From: Polyangiales bacterium
Lineage (GTDB): Bacteria; Myxococcota_A; Polyangia; Polyangiales; JAWKRM01
NCBI GenBank assembly: GCA_041389625.1
Contig: JAWKRM010000007.1
Location: forward strand, 70,667-134,666
Reading direction: 5' to 3'
Length of the DNA stretch: 64,000 nt
In this document: positions 37,877-46,218 of the stretch, in pieces
How positions within the stretch are numbered: position 1 is the first letter of the stretch
How the letters are laid out: each line of letters starts with the position of its first letter
Program-made: the position numbers and the translations under genes
The notes under the pieces: generated by a model
The model's input: only the letters and a program-made list of their open reading frames with translations
Databases searched by the model: none
Told to the model about the DNA's origin: nothing

Positions 37877-38968
37877 ATGATTGCTTGCACCCGTTGCAGT
37901 AAAGAAAACCAAGACCACTACAAGTTCTGCCTTGGCTGCGGTGCCGAACTGCCGCGTGACGCCGCCGCGAAGGCAGCGCCGGCCAAGCCCGCGACGCCGC
38001 CCTCGGGATTCCACACCAAGGAAGACTTCAAGGCGCCGGCCAAGGGCGATGCGCCGAAGGCCGAGCCCGTTGCCGCCGAAGGAAAGAAGAAGGCGGCCGC
38101 CGTGCCGAGCTTTGGTGGTGCCCCCGCGAAGAACGCTCCGCCGCCGTCGGCGGCCAAGCCCGCTCCCGCAGCAGCAGCGGCCACCTCAGGTGATTCGGTC
38201 ACCTGCGAGAAGTGCAGCAAGGTCAACCCGACGTCGTTCAAGTTCTGCGGCGCATGCGGCAATAACCTCCTTGAGCAGCGCGGCCAGACGCCGCCGCCCT
38301 CGCCGGAACCCGCCGCCCCGACCGCCACGTCGGCCCAGGCGCCGCGTGGTTCGCTGGTCGTCATTCGCCCCGATGGAACGGAGGGCGAGTCGGTGCCGCT
38401 TGGTTCAGGAACCACGAAGGTGGGTCGAAACGCGGGCGGTGTCTTCGCGAACGACGCCTACCTCTCCCCGGACCACGCAACGTTCACGTTCGACGGCGAT
38501 AGCCTGAGCGTGACCGACAACGGCAGTCTCAACGGCGTCTATTGGCGCATCGAGCCGGAAGCGCCCGTGACCCTCGACGACGGCACCGTCTTCCGCATCG
38601 GGCAGGAGATCGTTCGCTTCTCGCACCTCGCCGCGCCGAAGAGCGCGAAGGGCGTGGATGTGATGGGCAGCCCGAATCCAGGGTTCCTCGGGCGCATTGC
38701 GCTCATCACGGGGCGTGACTCGACGGGCAATGCGTATTGCATCCCGGCGGACGGGTTCCATCTCGGCCGCGAGCGCGGCGACATCATTTTCCCGGATGAC
38801 GGGTACGTGTCGGGGCTTCACTGCCGTATCCACCGCGAAGGATCGAAGGTTGCCATCACCGACGTGGGCAGCTCGAACGGTACGTTCGTTCGCGTGAAGG
38901 GGAAGCTCAAGCTCACGAGCGGCATGCTCGTGCTCATGGGCCAGCAGCTCTTCCGCGTCGAATACTAG
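37877..38968 (+). CDS. double zinc-ribbon + Ala/Pro-rich linker + two FHA domains protein (paralog of the previous gene)
   Basis: Zinc ribbons CTRC...FCLGCG and CEKC...FCGACG. FHA1 KVGRNAGGVFANDAYLSPDHATF...SLNGVYW. FHA2 HLGRERGDIIFPDDGYVSGLHCRI...SSNGTFV. Confidence 0.78.
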   Translation: MIACTRCSKENQDHYKFCLGCGAELPRDAAAKAAPAKPATPPSGFHTKEDFKAPAKGDAPKAEPVAAEGKKKAAAVPSFGGAPAKNAPPPSAAKPAPAAAAATSGDSVTCEKCSKVNPTSFKFCGACGNNLLEQRGQTPPPSPEPAAPTATSAQAPRGSLVVIRPDGTEGESVPLGSGTTKVGRNAGGVFANDAYLSPDHATFTFDGDSLSVTDNGSLNGVYWRIEPEAPVTLDDGTVFRIGQEIVRFSHLAAPKSAKGVDVMGSPNPGFLGRIALITGRDSTGNAYCIPADGFHLGRERGDIIFPDDGYVSGLHCRIHREGSKVAITDVGSSNGTFVRVKGKLKLTSGMLVLMGQQLFRVEY

Positions 38969-39890
38969 GACGAGGGCGAATCCGGTGGGCGGACGGGCGG
39001 GCTTTCGAGCTGCGCCAACGACGGCACCGGGTACACGCGCTTCGCGAGGAAATCCAAGACACGCCCCACGGTCCGCTTCGGCTGTTCGACCGGTGCGGCG
39101 TGGCTACCGCCGGGCAGAACGAGGAACTCCGCGTTCGGGATGCGCTCGCTCATTTCGCGGGCGAGGGCCGGTGGCGTGAAGGTGTCGCGTTCCGCCGCCA
39201 CCACGAGCGTCGGTGCGTTGATGGACGGAAGAAGATCCTCCGCCGAGTGGTCGCCCGCCGAGTGCAGCGTCTCGAGAAACACGCCGGGCTCCATCAGGCC
39301 GATGTGGTTCCAGTAGTTCCGGAAGTCCTCTTCGCGGATGGCGAGTGAGTCCACTTCGCCGACTGCACGTGCAAACTGGAACGCGACCGAAAAGGGAACC
39401 CGCCCCCAAATGGCCCGTGCCAACCCGCGCCGCGTACCCACCATTTCGAGGAGCTTCGGGAGCACCTGCTCGAGCACGTTGGTCCCGTGGAACGTATGGG
39501 TGATGTGCCCGTAGCTTCCGCAAAGCAGCCCGAGCCCCGCGATGCGAGCCGGATCCCGTCGGTAGAGTTCGAGGCACACCTGAGTGCCCATCGAATGCCC
39601 AAGGGACGCGGCGCGCTCGATGCCAAGGTGATCGAGCACGTGAGACACGTCGGCGGCGAGCCGTGCGATGCCGACTCCACCGTCGCCGGGGGGGCCGCTT
39701 CGGCCGTGGCCCCGGTAGTGGCAGTGCACGACCCGGTAGTGTTCCGCGAGCGCAGGTTGAAGATAGGCCCAGACGAATCCGTCGCAGCCGATGCCGTCGC
39801 TCAGGACGACCACCGGTCCGCTGCCCAGCACGCCATAGAACAGACGCGTGCCGTCATCGGCGGAGATGAAGCCCTGATCTTCGTACTTCA
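38965..39890 (-). CDS. alpha/beta hydrolase
   Basis: Nucleophile elbow GHSMGT and HYRGHGRS motif. The listed ORF reaches 39990 but would overlap the upstream RHH gene, so I chose TTG 39890 provisionally. Start uncertain. Confidence 0.72.
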
Positions 39891-39922
39891 AACGCGATAC
39901 GCCTGACCGTCGGCGCGGCGTT

Positions 39923-40114
39923 CTACTCGAGCTCTTCGTCGTCCGGAATGTCGTTGACCGACGGAAGCTTCCGGATTTCGGGGAGCCCAATCTTTACGCA
40001 GCGTTGAACGATCCACGAAAGCGAGCGGTCGAGCCGGGTCGCTTCGTGCTGAATGTCCTGAAGCATCGATTCCGGGAAGTAGAGGCTCTGCTTCCTTTTG
40101 TCCGTTCCAGCCAT
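39923..40114 (-). CDS. ribbon-helix-helix (CopG/Arc-like) small protein
   Basis: 63 aa. KRKQSLYFPESMLQDIQHEATRLDRSLSWIVQRCVKIG fits a beta-strand plus two helices. Confidence 0.62.
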   Translation of the reverse strand: MAGTDKRKQSLYFPESMLQDIQHEATRLDRSLSWIVQRCVKIGLPEIRKLPSVNDIPDDEELE

Positions 40115-40207
40115 CCTGGGCTTCCTTCCTTTCAGAGGACGTGTGTGGCGCGCTATGGGCTACGCCAGCACTTGTCTTGAAGATTCCTACACGCATGATG
40201 CACGAGT

Positions 40208-41572
40208 ATGGGTCGAAGCAACACCCCCAAAATGAGGCGTTTTTTCCCGTCCCTTGGTTGGTGCCTGGCCCTCGTGTTGGTGGGGCTCGGGGGCGCGGCG
40301 GTCGGGATGTCGGTGGCGTGGGCGATCCCGGAAACCGCGAGCCCGTACGCGAACCTGCAGATCTTCTCGCGGGCCCTCGCCCACATCGAGCTCAGCTACG
40401 TCGACGAGGTGGACCAGGATGCGCTCATTTACGGCGCCATCCGCGGGATGGTCGAGACCCTCGATCCGCATACGGCGTTCATGGATCCGAACGAGTACCG
40501 GATTCTCACGGATGATACGGAGGGCGCCTTCGGTGGTGTCGGCGTTGAAATCCAGGCGGTCGATGGGTGGCTCACGGTGGTCGGCGTCTTCGACGGGACC
40601 CCGGCGGCCCGGGCGGGGCTGCGGGTGGGCGATCGTTTCCTTCGTATCGCGGATGCGAATGCACGCGATCTTCGGATTTCGGACGCGGTGCGACTCATGC
40701 GCGGCAAGCCAGGGTCGTCCGTGAAGGTGGCCGTGCGTCGCGCGAATGTGGATAGCGCCATGGAGCTCACCCTCACGAGGGAAGTGATCGAGATCGAGCC
40801 CGTCGAGTCCAAGGTCATCGCGGGCGGGATCGTCTACGTGCGGCTCAAGACCTTCGCTGAGACGACGACGCGGGAGCTTCGGCGTGTGCTCGATGAGGCG
40901 GTCGTCCAGAGCAAGGGGCGGGGCGGTGTGCGCGGCGTGGTGCTCGATCTCCGAAACAACCCGGGCGGTTTGCTCGATCAAGCTGTGCTTGTTGCAGATG
41001 AGTTCCTGGTGAGCGGCGTCGTGGTTTCGACCCGCGGCCGATATGGCGCACTCCTCAGCGAGGCGAAGGCCGTGCGGGCAGGGACACGTCCCGAGTGGCC
41101 CCTTGTTGTGCTCGTCAATCGCTATTCCGCGAGTGCTTCCGAGATCGTTGCGGCGGCGCTCCGCGATCTCGGCCGAGCCGTGGTCGTGGGGGAGCCGACC
41201 TTTGGCAAGGGCAGTGTTCAGACGGTGATTGAACTGCCCGACGCGAGCGCGCTCAAGCTGACCATCGCGCGTTACTACACGCCCGCGGGGCGTTCGATTC
41301 AGGCCGCGGGCGTCACGCCCGACGTGTCGATCGCCGATTCGTTGCTTGATTCCGACAAGGACGCCGCCCCGTCGGTCTCCGAGGCGTCCCTCGAGCGGCA
41401 CTTGCCGTCGAAGCGCAGCGAAGGCCAACCACCGCCCGAACTCGACGGAGATTGGAAGGCGGCCATCGAAGCGGCGGACGTGCGCCAAGTTCAGAAGGCG
41501 CTCTTCGAAGGCGACGCGCTTGCGCGTCAGGCCGTTGCGCTCGTTCAAGCGCGGATTGCAGTCGGCGAGTAA
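40208..41572 (+). CDS. S41-family C-terminal processing (tail-specific) peptidase
   Basis: Signal/anchor followed by a PDZ domain (GVGVEIQAVDGWLTVVGVFDGTPAARAGLRVGD). Motifs NNPGGLLDQAV and YSASASEIVAAALRD. The start could instead be ATG 40232. Confidence 0.88.
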   Translation: MGRSNTPKMRRFFPSLGWCLALVLVGLGGAAVGMSVAWAIPETASPYANLQIFSRALAHIELSYVDEVDQDALIYGAIRGMVETLDPHTAFMDPNEYRILTDDTEGAFGGVGVEIQAVDGWLTVVGVFDGTPAARAGLRVGDRFLRIADANARDLRISDAVRLMRGKPGSSVKVAVRRANVDSAMELTLTREVIEIEPVESKVIAGGIVYVRLKTFAETTTRELRRVLDEAVVQSKGRGGVRGVVLDLRNNPGGLLDQAVLVADEFLVSGVVVSTRGRYGALLSEAKAVRAGTRPEWPLVVLVNRYSASASEIVAAALRDLGRAVVVGEPTFGKGSVQTVIELPDASALKLTIARYYTPAGRSIQAAGVTPDVSIADSLLDSDKDAAPSVSEASLERHLPSKRSEGQPPPELDGDWKAAIEAADVRQVQKALFEGDALARQAVALVQARIAVGE

Positions 41573-41583
41573 CGAACGGAGCT

Positions 41584-42684
41584 CTAGTTCGAGGCCGGCG
41601 CGACGCTCGGGCTTGGGCGTGAATCGTCCTGACGGATGGAGTAGCGGACGAACGCACGCAGGATCTCGTTGCGCTCGAGGTTCCCGACCAGGCGTTTGAC
41701 GTCTTCGTAGATGGACGGATCGACGAGGAGGGCGCCGATGGTTCCTTTGCCCGCACGGACGTCGGAGGAAATGGCCTTGAGGTCCGCGGACACCTCGGCG
41801 AGGTTGTCGAGAATCTCGCTTCCGCGGTGGCCGTAGAGGATGTCGTGCGCGGTCCCGTCGCCCGTTCGAACGGACTTCATCATGAGCGTGAGCTCTTCGG
41901 ACGCGTTTGCGAGCTCACGGACGAGCTTCTTGCCGGAGTCGCCGTAGATGAGTTCATGGGCGGTTCCGTCCCCGTTTGCGACTTCGTTCCCGATGGCGCG
42001 GAGGGACGCGGCCGTCGCCACGAGTTCCTTGCTCATGGCATCGGCGTTTGCGAGCGTCGCTTCGACGTGGGCTGCGGTCTCGGGTCGGTTCAGACGATCC
42101 ACGAGACCGCCCTTGCGGGACACCATCTCGCTTAGCGTTGCGAGATTCTTTGCGGTGGCTTTGACGTCGTCGCCGAACTCGGGATCCGCGAAGGGCTCCG
42201 TGGCGGACCGGAGGTTTGAGATGGTGGCCTCGGCGTCGATGAGGATCTTCGACGCCTTGGTCATGTACTGACCGAGGTCCACCGGCGACTCCGAGGGGAT
42301 CGTGCCGCCGGGCGGGATGGCCGCACCCTGACCAGGCACGATATCGATGAGCTTGTCGCCGAGCAGGCCCTTGTTTCCGATGGTCGCGAGGCTGTCGACC
42401 CGCACGTGCTTGGCGGCGTCGGCGATGAGACCGAACCGTACGTGGATCTTGCCGTCGTCCTTGAGCTCCACGGACGTGACCGTGCCGACGTCGACGCCCG
42501 CCATGCTTACGGGGCTGCCGGGGCGCAGGCCGCCCACGGTATCGAACACGGACTGAAAGTCGACCTTGCGGCTGAAGACGTTCTGCTTGTTCCCAACCGC
42601 AAATGCGACGATGCCAGCGATCATCAATGCGGCGAAGACGAAGATGCCGACTTTGATCTCCGTGCTTCGAGAATTGGGGCCCAT
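41584..42684 (-). CDS. MlaD/MCE-domain protein with long helical C-terminal region
   Basis: N-terminal TM EIKVGIFVFAALMIAGIVAF. MCE core GGLRPGSPVSMAGVDVGTVTSVEL. Confidence 0.8.
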   Translation of the reverse strand: MGPNSRSTEIKVGIFVFAALMIAGIVAFAVGNKQNVFSRKVDFQSVFDTVGGLRPGSPVSMAGVDVGTVTSVELKDDGKIHVRFGLIADAAKHVRVDSLATIGNKGLLGDKLIDIVPGQGAAIPPGGTIPSESPVDLGQYMTKASKILIDAEATISNLRSATEPFADPEFGDDVKATAKNLATLSEMVSRKGGLVDRLNRPETAAHVEATLANADAMSKELVATAASLRAIGNEVANGDGTAHELIYGDSGKKLVRELANASEELTLMMKSVRTGDGTAHDILYGHRGSEILDNLAEVSADLKAISSDVRAGKGTIGALLVDPSIYEDVKRLVGNLERNEILRAFVRYSIRQDDSRPSPSVAPASN

Positions 42685-42705
42685 GGGATTCGCGAGGGTG
42701 GCCCG

Positions 42706-43479
42706 TCAGCCGCCGGTTTGCAACAGCGTATGGGTGTCGTCGTTGTCCGGCGCGTTCCCTTCGATGAAGTCGCGGACGCGCGCCTCACGGCTTGCCCGAA
42801 TCTCATCGGGAGTCCCCGAAAAAATGATCTCGCCCGAATGAATCATGGCGATGCGGTCACTCACATAGAACGCGCTGTGCATGTCGTGGGTGACCACCAC
42901 GGACGTGATGTTGAGTCGATGCTTGAGGTGCAGAATGAGTTTGTTGATGCGCGTCGTATTGATGGGATCGAGGCCCGTCGTGGGCTCGTCGTAGAGCAAC
43001 ACTTCGGGGCGCACGGCGATGGCGCGCGCGAGCCCCACGCGTTTCTTCATGCCGCCGGAGAGATCCGCAGGCCACATGTACTCGATGCCGGGAAGGCCAA
43101 CGTACGTGAGTGATTCGGCAACGCGTTCGCGAATCTCCTCCTCGCTCATGCTGAGGTGTTCGCGAAGCCCGTAGGCCACGTTGTCGGCCACGGAGAGCGA
43201 GTCGAAGAGTGCGGCGCCCTGGAACAGCATTCCAATCCGCCGTCGTGATTCGGCGAGGCGTGCCTCGTCCATCAGCACGACGTCGTTGCCGTCGAAGTGG
43301 ATGGAGCCATCGTCCACCTTGAGGAGTCCGACGAGCAGCTTGAGCATGACACTTTTGCCACAGCCCGAACCCCCGATGATGGTCAGGGATTCCCCTCGCT
43401 CGATGTCGAGATTCAGGCCGCGGTAGATGACCTTCTTTCCAAAGGCCTTCCGCACGTTACGAAACTCGATGAGCGCCAC
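42706..43479 (-). CDS. ABC transporter ATP-binding protein (MlaF-like)
   Basis: GTG 43479 (VALIEFRNVRKAF). Walker A GGSGCGKS, signature LSGGMKKRVGLARA, Walker B LLYDEPTTGLD. The listed ORF start at 43575 would overlap the divergent neighbour. Confidence 0.85.
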   Translation of the reverse strand: MALIEFRNVRKAFGKKVIYRGLNLDIERGESLTIIGGSGCGKSVMLKLLVGLLKVDDGSIHFDGNDVVLMDEARLAESRRRIGMLFQGAALFDSLSVADNVAYGLREHLSMSEEEIRERVAESLTYVGLPGIEYMWPADLSGGMKKRVGLARAIAVRPEVLLYDEPTTGLDPINTTRINKLILHLKHRLNITSVVVTHDMHSAFYVSDRIAMIHSGEIIFSGTPDEIRASREARVRDFIEGNAPDNDDTHTLLQTGG

Positions 43480-43561
43480 GGGACGCGTACGATAGCCACT
43501 CGGTCGGCGCCGGCCCAGCCGAAAGTCCACTCTTCGCCCGGTCCGCGTTAGACTCGCCCCC

Positions 43562-44086
43562 ATGCGGCGTTCCAAGTGGCTTTTGGTTGGTGGTTTGCTC
43601 GCAACCCTCGCCTCGGTCGTACCCGGCGCGACTGCCGAAGCGCAGCGACGTTCCCGAGTTCAGGTGGAGCACTTCGATCGGACGACCATCCGGTTTGATG
43701 CGATGTTCGGCATCGGCTGGTACAGCGACGTGGGCCCCGGATTTCGCGTCGAGTTCCCCATCGTTCGTAACCTCGTGCGCGGTATTCAGAACGAACTCTA
43801 CATCAGTGCGGGCATGGAACTTCGCTGGTTCTATCACCCCATCCACGACGGATTCGGTGTGTACCCAATCGGCGTTGGGCAATGGGACTTCCACGTGGGG
43901 GACCGGTGGGTGTTCTTCCCGGAGCTCGGCATGACCGGCATCTTTGCTCCCGATCGGAGACGGTTCTGGAGGCCCGTTCTCGCGCCATACTTTGGCGGAG
44001 GCTTCCGCTACTATTTTGGTTCGCGCACGGCCATCGTCGTTCGCACGAGTTGGCCCGTGGGCTTTCAGGTCGGGATCACGTTCTGA
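43562..44086 (+). CDS. small outer-membrane beta-barrel protein (putative)
   Basis: Signal peptide MRRSKWLLVGGLLATLASVVPGATAEAQ. Alternating aromatic/hydrophobic strands. Terminal ...GFQVGITF. Confidence 0.55.
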   Translation: MRRSKWLLVGGLLATLASVVPGATAEAQRRSRVQVEHFDRTTIRFDAMFGIGWYSDVGPGFRVEFPIVRNLVRGIQNELYISAGMELRWFYHPIHDGFGVYPIGVGQWDFHVGDRWVFFPELGMTGIFAPDRRRFWRPVLAPYFGGGFRYYFGSRTAIVVRTSWPVGFQVGITF

Positions 44087-45003
44087 TGCGCGTGCGGCAT
44101 ACGTTGCATGCGGCGGGCGTTCCGGTGCTCGCGATCATGGTTCTCGCATCGGGGTGCAGTTGCGACGATGACGGGAGCAAGGGAACGCGGGACGGCGGGT
44201 CGAGCGCTCCGCTCGATGCCGACACGGACGATGGCGCGAACAACGGAACGCTCGATGGTTCGGGCGGCAACGGCAAGGCGCTCGATGTGCACGTGGTCAT
44301 CACGGGCGACAACGCCTACGGCTTTGGCTACGGATCCACGACGAGCCTCGCCAACTACTTCAACGGCATCGAAGACAACAGCGACGACATCTTCGTTTGT
44401 AGCGCGGCCTGCGATGCCTCGACCCCGTGTGCCGTGGGCGCGTGCGACACCTTTGGGACTTGCAACGAAGACCGCAGCGGACCCGAAACCTATGTCGTCC
44501 CCGGTTCGGCCGCCGTCGCGGGCGACTATCTCTATGTGATCGCTTGGTCGGACGACGCGGTGACCCAGGGGGTGATCGGGCAGTTTTCCGCCGCCGACGG
44601 GAGCAAGGTGGTCCGCACCGGGGCCAGCACGTGGCAGGTGTGCGCCACGGGTGTGGACTACGACATCCCTGGAGATGACCCGTCGGAGAGCGTCATCAAC
44701 GAGTGGCTCGTGCGGTGCAACAACGGCGAAGGCCTGAGCAAGGGGTGGGTGGGCACGACGGCGAACGCCGAGCATCGGGCGCTTGCGGTACTCGAACCGC
44801 CCCTGACCGAGCCTCCCCAGTTTGCGCCGCTCTGTCGCAAGCCCGCTTCGCAGGCCGGCGACGCCATCGACGCGGAAGCCAAGTGGATCTGGTTCGACGA
44901 CGACGTCACCGACAATCAGTCGCCGTTCGTTTCCACCGGCGATCCGCGTGGCGAGTTCTACATCTTCCGCCTCCAGATCAGCGAAGTGCTCGTCATCCTT
45001 TGA
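44086..45003 (+). CDS. hypothetical lipoprotein
   Basis: ATG shares a base with the upstream stop (TGATG). Lipobox in VLAIMVLASGCS. Asp/Gly-rich linker followed by a Cys-containing globular part. Internal start of listed ORF 43882..45003. Confidence 0.6.
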   Translation: MRVRHTLHAAGVPVLAIMVLASGCSCDDDGSKGTRDGGSSAPLDADTDDGANNGTLDGSGGNGKALDVHVVITGDNAYGFGYGSTTSLANYFNGIEDNSDDIFVCSAACDASTPCAVGACDTFGTCNEDRSGPETYVVPGSAAVAGDYLYVIAWSDDAVTQGVIGQFSAADGSKVVRTGASTWQVCATGVDYDIPGDDPSESVINEWLVRCNNGEGLSKGWVGTTANAEHRALAVLEPPLTEPPQFAPLCRKPASQAGDAIDAEAKWIWFDDDVTDNQSPFVSTGDPRGEFYIFRLQISEVLVIL

Positions 45004-45137
45004 GTGCGCGCTGAGCTTCGGGCTCGGCGTCCACCGTGGCCGGTGGGGTGGGACGACCGGGGATTCGAAGTGCCCTTCCCACGGCTTTTGGCTGGAATCT
45101 GCGTTGGAACACGGCTTGCCTATGTGAACGCGATTCC

Positions 45138-45593
45138 ATGTCGCAACGTCGCCGAACGGGTTCTGCACAGATCGAACAACTCGTGATGCTGTTCCTCGTG
45201 GGGACCGCTGGGGTGGTGGGATTCGCGGGCCTCGGCGGCGCATTCGATCACGCCATCGGCGCGCGCGGCGGCTTCGCATCGCCCGCGACGCCGGTCGCAG
45301 CCGTGCACGCCTCGACGGCCGCGTCGGTTTCCGCGCAGGCGGGCCTCGGGCCCGTGGCGCGCGAAGCGCTCCGCGCAGCCGAAGCCGCAACACGCTCCGA
45401 CAAGCTCGCCGCCGCCGCGACCGTGCGCGTGCGCTGGCGCGTGATGCCGAACGCGCTGCCGGTGGCGACGCGCTTGCGGCGATGGACACGATCCTGGGAC
45501 GGAACGAGTTTCAAACCGCTCGACCGCTCTTCGACGCGGGACGTTCCGGTTCACCGATCAGCTACATGCAGTACCTTGGCGCAGGCTTTCTGA
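45138..45593 (+). CDS. hypothetical small protein with one hydrophobic helix (doubtful 3' end)
   Basis: Internal ATG of listed ORF 45036..45593. MSQRRRTGSAQIEQLVMLFLVGTAGVVGFAGLGGAF, then an Ala-rich stretch. The last ~40 codons overlap the next gene and look non-coding. Confidence 0.25.
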   Translation: MSQRRRTGSAQIEQLVMLFLVGTAGVVGFAGLGGAFDHAIGARGGFASPATPVAAVHASTAASVSAQAGLGPVAREALRAAEAATRSDKLAAAATVRVRWRVMPNALPVATRLRRWTRSWDGTSFKPLDRSSTRDVPVHRSATCSTLAQAF

Positions 45594-46190
45594 AGCGCCT
45601 CGAGGCCCTCGGTGCCGATGGGCACTGGATCGACATGGGCTCGGGCGACGGCCTCGCGATCACGCAGTTCTACGAGCGCTTCCATCGCCGCGGGCTCCTC
45701 CATTCCCCGAGCGATGTGCCGCAGACCACCGCCGTGGCACGCGTGGAAGGGCGCACCGGATCGCTTGCCGCGCGGTATTCAGAGTTCACGCCGATGTACG
45801 GCCGGTTGCTCGAGGACATCGCTCCGGGAGCTCGCCTCGGCCGATGTGATCAGCGACGTGTGGGGGCCGCTCAGCTATTCGCCGCGAATGGATCATGTGT
45901 TCCAGCGGTATGCGTCGCTGCTCAAGCCCGGGGGCGAGCTCTTCGCCACGCTGCCGCTTTCGCACACCTTTGGGCGACGCGCGGGCGGCACGATTGGGAT
46001 CCACATGCTGCTTGAAGACTGGTTCGGTGGCTCGAGCGGGCTGCGCCTCGACCGGGCGGAGCTCGCGGCCGAGTCCACGGTGCGGCTACAGATCGCTCGC
46101 ACGGAGGACGCGCTCCGGCTCCCCGATCTCGAGCAGGTGCAGATGCGCGCGGGGATACCACCCCGCCGCATTTACGAGCTGGCGCCGTAG
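45482..46190 (+). pseudogene. class-I SAM-methyltransferase-like gene split by one frame change (~45815-45835)
   Basis: ORF 45482..46015 carries HWIDMGSGDGLAITQF (motif I-like) up to ...YGRLLEDI. The frame of ORF 45612..46190 continues with ELASADVISDVWGPLSYSPRMDHVFQRYASLLKPGGELFATL (motif II/III-like). Confidence 0.45.
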
Positions 46191-46218
46191 GTCACTTGGA
46201 CGCGGCGGCTCGCGACGC

